Of a stretch of DNA of 64,000 nt, positions 40,001 to 54,100 are shown in pieces. The stretch lies in assembly GCF_009914755.1 (NCBI RefSeq), contig NC_060925.1. One strand, 5' to 3'. This DNA is from the human T2T-CHM13v2.0 reference genome, Homo sapiens. The notes beneath the pieces were generated by a model. The model saw nothing but the letters and a program-made list of their open reading frames with translations, had not been told where the DNA came from and did not search any database. Made by a program: the position numbers and the translations under genes. Each line of letters opens with the position of its first letter. The stretch's first letter is position 1.

Positions 40001-43000
40001 ACTGGAACGGAATGGAATACAATGGAATGGAATGGAATGGAATGGAATCAGCTGCAGTGGAATGGAATGGAATAGGATGGAATGGAATGGACAGGAATAG
40101 AATGGAATGGAATATAATGGAGTGGAATCAACACGAGTGGAAATGAATGGAATCAAATTGAATGGAATGGAAGGAAAGGAATGCAATGGAATGGAATCAA
40201 CCTCAGTGGAATAGAAAGGAATGGAATGTAATGGAATGGAATGGAATGGAATGGAATGGAATGGAATGGAATGGAGTGGAATGGAATGGAATGGAATGGA
40301 ATGGAATGGAGTGGAATGGAATGGGTTGGAATGGGATGGAATCAACCCGATTGGAACGGATTGGAATGGAGTGGAATGGAATGGAACGGCATGGAATGCA
40401 ATGGAATCAACTAGAATGGAATGGAATGGAATGGAATGGACAGAAATGGAATGGAATGGAATGGAATGGAATGGAATGGAATGTATTGGAATGGACTAGG
40501 ATGGAATGGAATGGAATGAAATCAACCCGATTGGAATGGAATGGAATGCAATGGAATGGAATGGAATCAACTGGAAAGGAATCAATTGGAATGGAATGGA
40601 ATGGAATGGAATGGAATGGAAAGGAATCAACCCCAGTGGAATGGAATGGAATGGAAACGATTATAATTGAATGGAATGGAAGCAATCGGTGTGGAATGGA
40701 ATGGAATTGAATGGAGTATAATGGAATGGAATGGGATGGAATGGAATTCAATGTAATGGAAACAAACCGAGTGGAATGTAATGGAATGGAAAGGACTGGA
40801 CTGTAATGGAATGGATTGGAATCAACCCGATTCCAATGCAATGGAATGGAATGGAATGGAATGGAATGGAATGGAATGGAATGGAATGGAATGGAATAGA
40901 TTGGAATATAATCAACTCGTGTGGAAAGAAATGGAATGTAAAGGAATGGAAAGGAAAGGAAAGGAATGGAATGCAATGGAATGCAATGGTATGTAATGGA
41001 ATCAACACGAGTGGAATGGAATGGAATGAAAATGAATGGAATGTAATGCAATGGAATGGAGTGGAATGGAATAAACACCAGTGGAAGGGAATGCAATGGA
41101 ATGGAGTGGACTGGAATAAACACCAGTGTAATGGAATGGAATGGAATGGAATGGAATGGACTAGAATGGAATGGAATGCAATGAAATCAACCCGATTAGA
41201 ATGGAATAGAATGCAATGGAATGAAATGGAATCAACTGGAAAGGAATGAAATGGAATGGAATGGAATGGAATGGAATCAACCCGAGTGGAATGGAATGGA
41301 ATGGAATGGAATGGAAAGGAATGGAATGGAATAGAATGGAATGGAAACAACTCGAGTGGAAAAGAATGGAATGGAAAGGAATGGAATGGAAAGAAAGGAA
41401 TGGAATGCAATGGAATGCAATGGTATTTAATGGAATGCAATGTAATTCAATGTAATGGAAACAAACGGAGTGGAATGTAATGGAATGGAAAGGACTGGAC
41501 TGTAATTGAATGGATTGGAATCAACCCGATTCCAAGGCAATGGAATGGAATGGAATGGAATGGAATGGAATGGAATGGAATGGAATGGAATGGAATAGAT
41601 TGGAATATAATCAACTCGTGTGGAAAGAAATGGAATGTAAAGGAATGGAAAGGAAAGGAAAGGAATGGAATGCAATGGAATGCAATGGTATGTAATGGAA
41701 TCAACACGAGTGGAATGGAATGGAATGAAAATGAATGGAATGTAATGCAATGGAATGGAGTGGAATGGAATAAACACCAGTGGAAGGGAATGCAATGGAA
41801 TGGAGTGGACTGGAATAAACACCAGTGTAATGGAATGGAATGGAATGGAATGGAATGGACTAGAATGGAATGGAATGCAATGAAATCAACCCGATTAGAA
41901 TGGAATAGAATGCAATGGAATGAAATGGAATCAACTGGAAAGGAATGAAATGGAATGGAATGGAATGGAATGGAATCAACCCGAGTGGAATGGAATGGAA
42001 TGGAATGGAATGGAATGGAATGGAATAGAATGGAATGGAAACAACTCGAGAGGAAAGGAATGGAATGGAAAGGAATGGAATGGAAAGAAAGGAATGGAAT
42101 GCAATGGAATGCAATGGTATTTAATGGAATGCAATGTAATTCAATGTAATGGAAACAAACGGAGTGGAATGTAACGGAATGGAAAGGACTGGACTGTAAT
42201 TGAATGGATTGGAATCAACCCGATTCCAAGGCAATGGAATGGAATGGAATGGAATGGAATGGAATGGAATCAACCAGAGTGGAATGGAATGGAATGGAAT
42301 GGATTGGAATGGAATGGAATGGTATGGAATGGAATAGAATGGAATGGAATCAACTCGAGTGGAAAGGAATGGAATGGAAAGTAATGGAATGGAAAGGAAA
42401 GGCATGGAATGCAATGGAATGCACCGGTATGTAATGGAGTCAACCCGAGTGGAATGGAATGGAATGGAATGAAAATGAATGGAATGCAATGCAATGGAAT
42501 GGAGGGGAATGGAATCAACACCAGTGGAAGGGAATGCAATGGAATGGAGCGGACTGGAATAAGCACCAATGGAATGGAATGGATTGGAATGCAATGGAAT
42601 GGAATGGAATGGACTAGAATGGAATGGAATGGAATGAAATGAACCCGATTTGAATGGAATAGAATGCAATGGAATGAAATGGAATCAACTGGAAAGGAAT
42701 GAAATGGAATGGAATGGAATGGAATGGAATCAACCCGAGTGGAGTGGAATGGAATGGAATGGAATGGAATGGAATGGAATGGAATGGAATGGAATGGAAT
42801 GGAATGGAATAGAATGGAATGGAAACAACTCGAGTGGAAAGGAATGGAATGGAAAGGAATGGAATGGAAAGGAAAGGAATGGAATGCAATGGAATGCAAT
42901 GGTATGGAATGGAATACAATGGAATTCAATGTAATGGAAACAAACCGAGTGGAATGTAATGGAATGGAAAGGACTGGACTGTAATTGAATGGATTGGAAT

Positions 43001-46000
43001 CAACACGATTCCAATGCAATGGAATGGAATGGAATGGAATGGAATGGAATCAACCCGAGTGGAATGGAATGGAATGGAATGGAATGGAATGGAATAGAAT
43101 GGAATGGAATCAACTCGAGTGGAAAGGAATGGAATGGAAAGGAATGGAATGGAAAGGAAAGGCATGGAATGCAATGGAATGCAATAGTATGTAATGGAGT
43201 CAACCCGAGTGGAATGGAATGGAATGGAATGGAATGAAAATGAATGGAATGCAATGCAATGGAATGGAAGGGAATGGAATAAACACCAGTGGAAGGGAAT
43301 GCAATGGAATGGAACGGACTGGAATAATCACCAGGGGAATGGAACGGAATGGAATGGAATGGAACGGAATGGAATGGAATGGACTAGAATGGAATGGAAT
43401 GGAATGAAATCAACCCGATTAGAATGGAATAGAATGCAATGGAATGAAATGGAATCAACTGGATAGGAATGAAATGGAATGGAATGGAATGGAATGGAAT
43501 GGAATCAACCCGAGTGGAATGGAATGGAATGGAATGGAATGGAATGGAATGGACTAGAATGGAATGGAATGGAATGAAATCAACCCGATTAGAATGGAAT
43601 AGAATGCAATGGAATGAAATGGAATCAACTGGAAAGGTATGAAATGGAATGGAATGGAATGGAATGGAATCAACCCGAGTGGAATGGAATGGAATGGAAT
43701 GGAATGGAATGGAATGGAATGGAATAGAATGGAATGGAAACAACTCGAGTGGAAAAGAATGGAATGGAAAGGAATGGAATGGAAAGAAAGGAATGGAATG
43801 CAATGGAATGCAATGGTATTTAAGGGAATGCAATGTAATTCAATGTAATGGAAACAATCCGAGTGGAATGTAATAGAATGGAAAGGACTGGACTGTAATT
43901 GAATGGATTGGAATCAACCCGATTCCAAGGCAATGGAATGGAATGGAATGGAATGGAATGGAATGGAATCAACCAGAGTGGAATGGAATGGAATGGAATG
44001 GATTGGAATGGAATGGAATGGTATGGAATGGAATAGAATGGAATGGAATCAACTCGAGTGGAAAGGAATGGAATGGAAAGTAATGGAATGGAAAGGAAAG
44101 GCATGGAATGCAATGGAATGCACCGGTATGTAATGGAGTCAACCCGAGTGGAATGGAATGGAATGGAATGAAAATGAATGGAATGCAATGCAATGGAATG
44201 GAGGGGAATGGAATCAACACCAGTGGAAGGGAATGCATTGGAATGGAGCGGACTGGAATAAGCACCAGTGGAATGGAATGGATTGGAATGCAATGGAATG
44301 GAATGGAATGGACTAGAATGGAATGGAATGGAATGAAATGAACCCGATTTGAATGGAATAGAATGCAATGGAATGAAATGGAATCAACTGGAAAGGAATG
44401 AAATAGAATGGAATGGAATGGAATGGAATCAACCCGAGTGGAATAGAATGGAATGGAATGGAATGGAATGGAATGGAATGGAATGGAATAGATTGGAATA
44501 TAATCAACTCGTGTGGAAAGAAATGGAATGTAAAGGAATGGAAAGGAAAGGAAAGGAATGGAATGCAATGGAATGCAATGGTATGTAATGGAATCAACAC
44601 GAGTGGAATGGAATGGAATGAAAATGAATGGAATGTAATGCAATGGAATGGAGTGGAATGGAATAAACACCAGTGGAAGGGAATGCAATGGAATGGAGTG
44701 GACTGGAATAAACACCAGTGTAATGGAATGGAATGGAATGGAATGGAATGGACTAGAATGGAATGGAATGCAATGAAATCAACCCGATTAGAATGGAATA
44801 GAATGCAATGGAATGAAATGGAATCAACTGGAAAGGAATGAAATGGAATGGAATGGAATGGAATGGAATGGAATCAACCCGAGTGGAATGGAATGGAATG
44901 GAATGGAATGGAATGGAATGGAATGGAATGGAATGGAATAGAATGGAATGGAAACAACTCGAGTGGAAAAGAATGGAATGGAAAGGAATGGAATGGAAAG
45001 AAAGGAATGGAATGCAATGGAATGCAATGGTATTTAATGGAATGCAATGTAATTCAATGTAATGGAAACAAACGGAGTGGAATGTAATGGAATGGAAAGG
45101 ACTGGACTGTAATTGAATGGATTGGAATCAACCCGATTCCAAGGCAATGGAATGGAATGGAATGGAATGGAATGGAATGGAATGGAATCAACTCGAGTGG
45201 AAAGGAATGGAATGGAAAGTAATGGAACGGAAAGGAAAGGCATGGAATGCAAAGGAATGCAATGGTATGTAATGGAGTCAACCCGATTGGAATGGAATGG
45301 AATGGAATGGAATGAAAATGAATGGAATGCAATTCAATGGAATGGAAGGGAATGGAATAAACACCAGTGGAAGGGAATGAAATGGAATGGAACGGACTGG
45401 AAAATCACCAGTGGAATGGAATGGAATGGAACGGAATGGAATGGAATGGACTAGAATGGAATGGAATGGAATGAAATCAACCCGATTAGAATGGAATAGA
45501 ATGCAATGGAATGAAATGGAATTAACTGGATAGGAATGAAATGGAATGGAATGGAATGGAATGGAATCAACCCGAGTGGAATGGAATGGAATGGAATGGA
45601 ATGCAATGGAGTGGAATGGAATAAACACCAGTGGAATGGAATGGAATGGAATGGAATGGAATGGAATGGAATCAACCCGACTGGAATGCAAAGGAATGGA
45701 ATGGAAAGGCATGGAATCAACCCGAGTGGAATGGATTGGAATAGAGTGGAATGGAATGGAACGGCATAGAATGCAATGGAATCAACTAGAATGGAATGGA
45801 ATGGAATGGATTGGAATGGAATCGAACGGAATCAACCTGAGCGGAATGGAATGGAATGGAATGAATGGAATGGAATGGAATGGAAACTAATGGAATGGAT
45901 TGGAAAGGAAACAACCCGAGTGGAATGGAATGCATTGGAATGCAATGGAATGCAATGGAATGGAATGGAATGGAATGGAATTCTATGTAATGGAAACAAA

Positions 46001-48125
46001 CCGAGTGGAATGTAATGGAATGTAAAGGACTGAAATGTAATGGAATGTATAGGAATCAACCCGACTCCAATGCAACGGAATGGAATGGAATGGAATGGAA
46101 TGGAATGGAATGGAATGGAATTTAATGGAATGGAATGGAATGGAATGGAATGGAGTGGAATGGAATTTAATGGAATGGAAAGGAATGGAATGAACTGGAA
46201 TGGAATGGAATGGAATTTAATGGAATGGAATGTCATCAACACGAGTGGTGTGGAATGGAATGGAATGGAAATGAATTTAATGGAATGGAATGGAATGGAA
46301 CGGAACGGAATGGAAGAACGCGAATGTAATGGAATGGAATAGAACGGAATAAACACGAGAGGAATGGAATGGAATGTAATGGAATGGAATAGAATGGAAT
46401 GGAAGCAACTCGAGTGGAAAGGAATGAAATGGAAAGGAATGGAATGGAAAGGAAAGGAATGGAATACAATGGAATGCAACGGTGTGGAATGGAGTCAACA
46501 CGAGTGGAATGGTACGGAATGGAATGGAATGAAATGGAATGGAATGGAATGCAATGGAATGGAGTGGAATGGAATAAACACCAGTGGAAAGGAATGGAGT
46601 GGAATGGAATGGAATGGAATTTAATGGAATGGACAGGAATGCAATGGAATGGAATGGAATGCAATGGAATGAAATGAACCCGAATGGAATGGAATGGAAT
46701 GCAATATAAAGGAATGGAATCAACTGTAAAAGAATGAAATGGAATGGAATGGAATGGAATGGAATGGAATGGAATGGAATGGAATGGAATGGAATCAACC
46801 CGAGTGGAATGCAATGGAATGGAATGGAATGAAATCAACCCAAGTGGAATGGATAGGAATAGAGTGGAACGGAATGGAACAGCATGGAATGGAATGGTAT
46901 GGATTGCAATGGAATCAACTAGAATGGAAAGGAATAGAATGGAATGGAATGGAATGGAATGGAAAGGAATGGAATGGAATGGACAGGAAAGGAATGGAAT
47001 GGTATGAAATCATCCCGATTGGAATGGAGTGGAATGCAATGGAATGGAATAGAACCAACTGGAAAGGAATGAAATGGAATGGAATGGAATGGAATGGAAT
47101 GGAATGGAATGGAATGGAATGGAACGGAATGGAATGGAATCAACCCGAGTGCAATGGATTGGAATGGAGTGGAATGGAATGGAACGCCATGGAATGCAAC
47201 GGAATCAACTAGAATGGAATGGAATGGAATGGAATGGAATAAACAAGAGTGAAATGGAATGGAATGGAATGGAATAAAATGGAATGGAATCAACTCGAGT
47301 GGAGAGGAATGGAATGGAAAGGAATGGAATGGAAAGGAATAGAATGGAATGCAATGGAATGCAATGGAATGCAATGGTATGGAATGGAGTAAACACGAGA
47401 GGAATGGAATGGAATGGAATGGAATGAAATGGAATGGAATGCAATGGAATGGAATGGAATGGAATCAACTGGAAAGGAATGAAAAGGAATGGAATGGAAT
47501 GGAATGGAATGGAATGGAATGGAAACAACCCGAGTGGAATGGAATGGAATGGAATGAAATGGAATGGAATGGAATGGAATGGAATGGAATGGAATGGAAC
47601 GGAATCAACCCGACTGGAATGGAATGGAATGGAATGGAATGGAATGGAATGGAATGGAATGAAATCAACCCGAGTTGAATGGAATGGAATGGAATGGAAT
47701 GGAATCGAATGGAATGGAGTGGAATGGAATGGAACGGAATGGAATCAATGCGAGTGGAATGCAATGGAATGGAATGGAATGGAATGGAATGGAATGGAAT
47801 GGAATGGAATTGAATGGAATGGAATGGAATGGAATGGAATGGAATGGAATAAACACGAGTGGAATGGATTGGAATGGAGTGGAATGGAATGGAACGGCAT
47901 GGAGTGCAACGGAATCAACTAGAATGGAATGGAATGGAATGGAATAAACACGAGTGGAATGCAATGGAATGGAATGGAATGGAATGGAATAAACCCGAGT
48001 AGAATGGAATGGAATGGAATGGAATGAAATGGAATGGAATGCAATGCAATGGAATGTAGAGGAATGAAATAAACACCAGTGGAATAGAATGGAATGTAAT
48101 GTAATGGAATGGAATGGAATGGAAT
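37002..48125 (+). repeat. HSat3 higher-order repeat, copy 3 (11124 bp; ~1.17-kb deletion and ~0.7-kb duplication)
   Basis: Landmarks TTAATTAA 39759 and CAGCTGCAG 40049. The segment equal to 13939-15107 of copy 1 is missing. An extra marker copy lies at 41596. Confidence 0.93.
40850..42250 (+). repeat. ~0.7-kb tandem duplication inside HOR copy 3
   Basis: TAGATTGGAATATAATC occurs at 40897 and 41596, each followed by GGTATTTAATGG, AAACAAACGGAG and GATTCCAAGGC. Confidence 0.88.
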
Positions 48126-51100
48126 GGACAGGAATGGAATGGAAAGGAATGGAATGGAATGGAATGGACTAGAGTGGAATGGAATTAAATGAAATCAACC
48201 CGATTGGAATGGAATGGAATGGAATCAACTGGAAAGGAATCAAATGGAATGGAATGGAATGGAATGGAATGGAATGGAATGGAATGGAACGGAAACAACC
48301 CGACTGGAATGCAATGGAATGGAATGGAATGGAATGGAATGGAATGGAATGGAATAGAATGGAATGGAATGGAATCAACCTGAGTGGAATGGATTGGAAT
48401 GGAGTGGAATGGAATGGAACGGCATGGAATGCAATGGAATCAACTAGAATGGAATGGAATTGAATGGATTGGAATGGAATCGAAAGGAATCAACCTGAGT
48501 GGAATGGAATGGAATGGAATGGAATGAATGGAATGGAGTGGAATGGATACAAATGGAATGGAATGGAAAGGAAAGAACCCGAGAGGAATAGAATGCAATG
48601 GAATGCAATGGAATGGAATGGAATGCAATGGAATTCAATGTAATGGAAACACACCGAGTGGAATGTAATGGAATGGAAAGGACTGGACTGTAATGGAATG
48701 GATTGGAATCAACCCGATTCCAATGGAATGGAATGGAATGGAATGGAATGGATTATAATGGATTGGAATGCAATCAATCCGGGTTGAATGGAATGGAATG
48801 GAATGGAAGGGAATGGAATGCAACGGAAAGGAATGGAATGAACTGGAATGGAATGTAATAGAATGGAATTTAATGGAATGGAATGGAATGGAATGGAATT
48901 TAATGGAATGGAATGGAATGGAATCAACGCGAGTGGAGTCGAATGGAATTGAAAGAAAATTAATAGAATGGAATGGAATGGAATGGAATGGAATGCAATG
49001 GAATGGAATGCAATGGAATGCAATGGCATGGAATAGAATGAACCCGAGTGGAATGGAATGGAATGGAAAGGCACGGAATGGAATGGAATGGAATGGAATG
49101 CAATGGAATCAACCTGAGTGGAATGGAATGCAATGGAATCAACCCGAGTGGAATTGAATGGAGTGGAATGCAATGGAATGGAATGGAGTGGAAGGCATTA
49201 GAATCAACTGCAATGGAATGGAATGGAATGGAATGGAATGGAATGGAATGGAATGGAATGGCACGGAATGGAATCAACCCCAGTGGAATGGAATGCATTA
49301 CAATGGAATGGAAAGGAATCAATCCGGGTGGAATGGAATGGAATGGAATGGATTATAATGGAATGGAATGGAATCAATCCGGGTGGAATGGAATGGAATG
49401 GAATGGAATGGAATGGAATTGAATGGAACGGAATGGAATGGAATCAACTCGAATGGAACGGAAGGGAATGGAGTGGAAAGGAATTGAAAGGAATGGAATG
49501 CAAAGGCATCAACCCTAATGGACAGGAATGTAATGGAATGGAATCGAATGCAATGGAATGGAATGGAATGGAATGGAATGGAATATAATGGAATGGAATG
49601 GAATGGAGTGTAATCGAATGGAATGCTACGGAATCAACCTGAGTGGAATGGAATTGAATGGAATGGAAGGCAATGGAATGGAATTTCATGGAATCAAACC
49701 TAGTGGAATGGAATGGAATGGAATGGAATGGAACGGAATGGAATGCAAGGAATCAACTGGAAAGGAATGGAATGGAATGGAATGGAATGGAATGGAATGG
49801 AACGGAATGGAATTAACCTGAGTGGAATGGAATGGAAACGAATGAAATGGAATGGAATGGAAAATAATGGAATGGAATGGAAACAACCCGAATGGAATGG
49901 AATTCAATGGAATGGAATGGAATGGAATGGAATGGAATGGAATTCAACGGAATGGAAACAACCCGAGTGAAATGGCATGGAATGGAAAGGACTTGAATGT
50001 AATGGAACGGATTGGAATCAACCCGATTAGAAAACAATGGAATGGAATGGAATGGAATGGAATGGAATGGAAAGGAATGGAATGGAAAGGAATGGAATGG
50101 AATGGAAGGGAAGGGAATGGAATGGAATGTAATGGAAAGGAATGGAAGGGAATGGAAGGGAATGGAATGGAATGGAATCAACTGGAATGGAATGGAATGG
50201 AATGGAAGCAACAAGAAGTGGCATGGAATGTAATGGATTGGAATGGAATGGAATCAACTGGAATACTATGGAATGAAATCAACCCGAGTGGAATGGAATG
50301 GAATGGAATGGAATGGAATGGAATGGAATGGAATGGAATGCAATGGAATGGAACCACCTGGAATGGAATGAAATGGAATGGAATGGAGTGGAATGGAATG
50401 GAATGGAATGGAATCAACCCGAGTGGAATGGAATGGAATGGAATGGAATGGAATGGAATGGAATGGAATCAACCTGAGTGTAGTGGAATAAAATGGAATG
50501 GAATGGAATGGACTCAACCCGAGTGGAACGGAATTGAGTGGGATGGAATGGAATGGAATGGAATGGAATGGAATGGAATGGAATGCAATTTAATTAAATG
50601 GAATGGAATCAACCAGAGTGGAATGGACTGGAATGGATTGGAATGGAAAGGAATTGAGTGGAATCAACCCGAGTGAAATGGAATGGAATGGGATGGAATG
50701 GAATGGAATGGTAAGGACTGGAATCAACCCGAGTGGAATGGAATGGAATGGAATGGATTCAACACGAGTGGAATGGAATGGAATGGAATGGAATGGAATG
50801 GAATGGAATGGAATGGAATGGAATGGAATCAACCCAAGTGGAATGGACTGGAACGGAATGGAATACAATGGAATGGAATGGAATGGAATGGAATCAGCTG
50901 CAGTGGAATGGAATGGAATAGGATGGAATGGAATTGACAGGAATAGAATGGAATGGAATATAATGGAGTGGAATCAACACGAGTGGAAATGAATGGAATC
51001 AAATTGAATGGAATGGAAGGAAAGGAATGCAATGGAATGGAATCAACCTCAGTGGAATAGAAAGGAATGGAATGTAATGGAATGGAATGGAATGGAATGG

Positions 51101-54100
51101 AATGGAATGGAATGGAGTGGAATGGAATGGAATGGAATGGAATGGAGTGGAATGGAATGGAATGGAATGGAATGGAATGGAGTGGAATGGAATGGGTTGG
51201 AATGGGATGGAATCAACCCGATTGGAACGGATTGGAATGGAGTGGAATGGAATGGAACGGCATGGAATGCAATGGAATCAACTAGAATGGAATGGAATGG
51301 GATGGATTGGAATGGAATCAAACGGAATCAACCTGAGTGGAATGCAATGGAATGGAATGGAATGAATGGAAAGGAATGGAATGGAAACTAATGGAATGGA
51401 ATGGAAAGGAAACAACCCGAGTGGAACGGAATGCAATGGAATGCAATGGAATGGAATTGAATTCAATGTAATGGAAACAAACCGAGTGGAATGTAATGTA
51501 ATGGAAAGGACTGGAATGTAATGCAATGGATTGGAATCAACCCGATTCCAATTCAATGGAATGGAATGTAATGGAATGGAATGGAATGGAAAGGAATGGA
51601 ATAGAATGGAAGGGATTGGAATGGAATGGAAAGGAATGGAATGAACTGGAATGGAATGGAATGGAATATAATGGAATGGAATGCAATGGAATCAACCCGA
51701 GTGGAGTGGAATGGAATGGAATGGAAATGAATGGAATGGAATGTAATGGAATGGAAACTAATGGAATGGAATGGAAACAACCCGAGTAGAATGGAATGCA
51801 ATGGAATGGTATGGAATGGAATGGAATTGAATGGAATGGAATGGAATGGAATGGAATGGAATAGAATTCAACGGAATGGAAACACCCCGAGTGAAATGGC
51901 ATGGAATGGAAAGGACTTGAATGTAATGGAATGGATTGGAATGGCATGGAATTTAACGGAATGGAATGGAATGGAATAGAATGGAATGGAAAGGAATGGA
52001 ATAGAATGGAATGGAATCAACTCGAGTGGAAAGGAATGGATTGGAATGGAATGGAATGGAAAGGAAAGGAATGGAATGCAATGGAAGGCAATGATATGGA
52101 ATGGAGTAACCCCGAGTGGAATGGAATGGAAAGGAATGGAATTAAATGGAATGGAATGGAATGGAATGGAATGGAGTGGAATGTAATAAACACCAGTGGA
52201 ATTTAATGTAATGGACAGGAATGGAATGCAATGGACAGGAATGGAATGGAATGGAATGGAATGCAATGGAGTACAATGAAATCAACCCGATTGGAATGGA
52301 ATGGAATACAATGGAATGGAATGGAATGGAATTAACCCGAGTGGAATGTAACGTGATGGAATGGAAAGGAATGGAATGAAATCAACCGGAATGGAATGGA
52401 TTGGAATCGAGTGGAATGGAATGGAATGGCATGGAATGCAATGGAATCAACTAGAATGGAATGGAATGGAATGGAATGGACAGAAATGGAATGGAATGGA
52501 ATGGAATGGATTGTATTGGAATGGACTAGGATGGAATGGAATGGAATGAAATCAACCCGATTGGAATGGAATGGAATGCAATGGAATGGAATGGAATCAA
52601 CTGGAAAGGAATCAATTGGAATGGAATGGAATGGAATGGAATGGAATGGAAAGGAATCAACCCCAGTGGAATGGAATGGAATGGAAACGATTATAATTGA
52701 ATGGAATGGAAGCAATCCGTGTGGAATGGAATGGAATTGAATGGAGTATAATGGAATGGAATGGGATGGAATGGAATTCAATGTAATGGAAACAAACCGA
52801 GTGGAATGTAATGGAATGGAAAGGACTGGACTGTAATGGAATGGATTGGAATCAACCCGATTCCAATGCAATGGAATGGAATGGAATGGAATGGAATGGA
52901 ATGGAATAGATTGGAATATAATCAACTCGTGTGGAAAGAAATGGAATGTAAAGGAATGGAAAGGAAAGGAAAGGAATGGAATGCAATGGAATGCAATGGT
53001 ATGTAATGGAATCAACACGAGTGGAATGGAATGGAATGAAAATGAGTGGAATGTAATGCAATGGAATGGAGTGGAATGGAATAAACACCAGTGGAAGGGA
53101 ATGCAATGGAATGGAGTGGACTGGAATAAACACCAGTGTAATGGAATGGAATGGAATGGAATGGAATGGACTAGAATGGAATGGAATGCAATGAAATCAA
53201 CCCGATTAGAATGGAATAGAATGCAATGGAATGAAATGGAATCAACTGGAAAGGAATGAAATGGAATGGAATGGAATGGAATGGAATCAACCCGAGTGGA
53301 ATGGAATGGAATGGAATGGAATGGAAAGGAATGGAATGGAATAGAATGGAATGGAAACAACTCGAGTGGAAAAGAATGGAATGGAAAGGAATGGAATGGA
53401 AAGAAAGGAATGGAATGCAATGGAATGCAATGGTATTTAATGGAATGCAATGTAATTCAATGTAATGGAAACAAACGGAGTGGAATGTAATGGAATGGAA
53501 AGGACTGGACTGTAATTGAATGGATTGGAATCAACCCGATTCCAAGGCAATGGAATGGAATGGAATGGAATGGAATGGAATGGAATCAACCAGAGTGGAA
53601 TGGAATGGAATGGAATGGATTGGAATGGAATGGAATGGTATGGAATGGAATAGAATGGAATGGAATCAACTCGAGTGGAAAGGAATGGAATGGAAAGTAA
53701 TGGAATGGAAAGGAAAGGCATGGAATGCAATGGAATGCACCGGTATGTAATGGAGTCAACCCGAGTGGAATGGAATGGAATGGAATGAAAATGAATGGAA
53801 TGCAATGCAATGGAATGGAGGGGAATGGAATCAACACCAGTGGAAGGGAATGCAATGGAATGGAGCGGACTGGAATAAGCACCAATGGAATGGAATGGAT
53901 TGGAATGCAATGGAATGGAATGGAATGGACTAGAATGGAATGGAATGGAATGAAATGAACCCGATTTGAATGGAATAGAATGCAATGGAATGAAATGGAA
54001 TCAACTGGAAAGGAATGAAATGGAATGGAATGGAATGGAATGGAATCAACCCGAGTGGAATGGAATGGAATGGAATGGAATGGAATGGAATGGAATGGAA

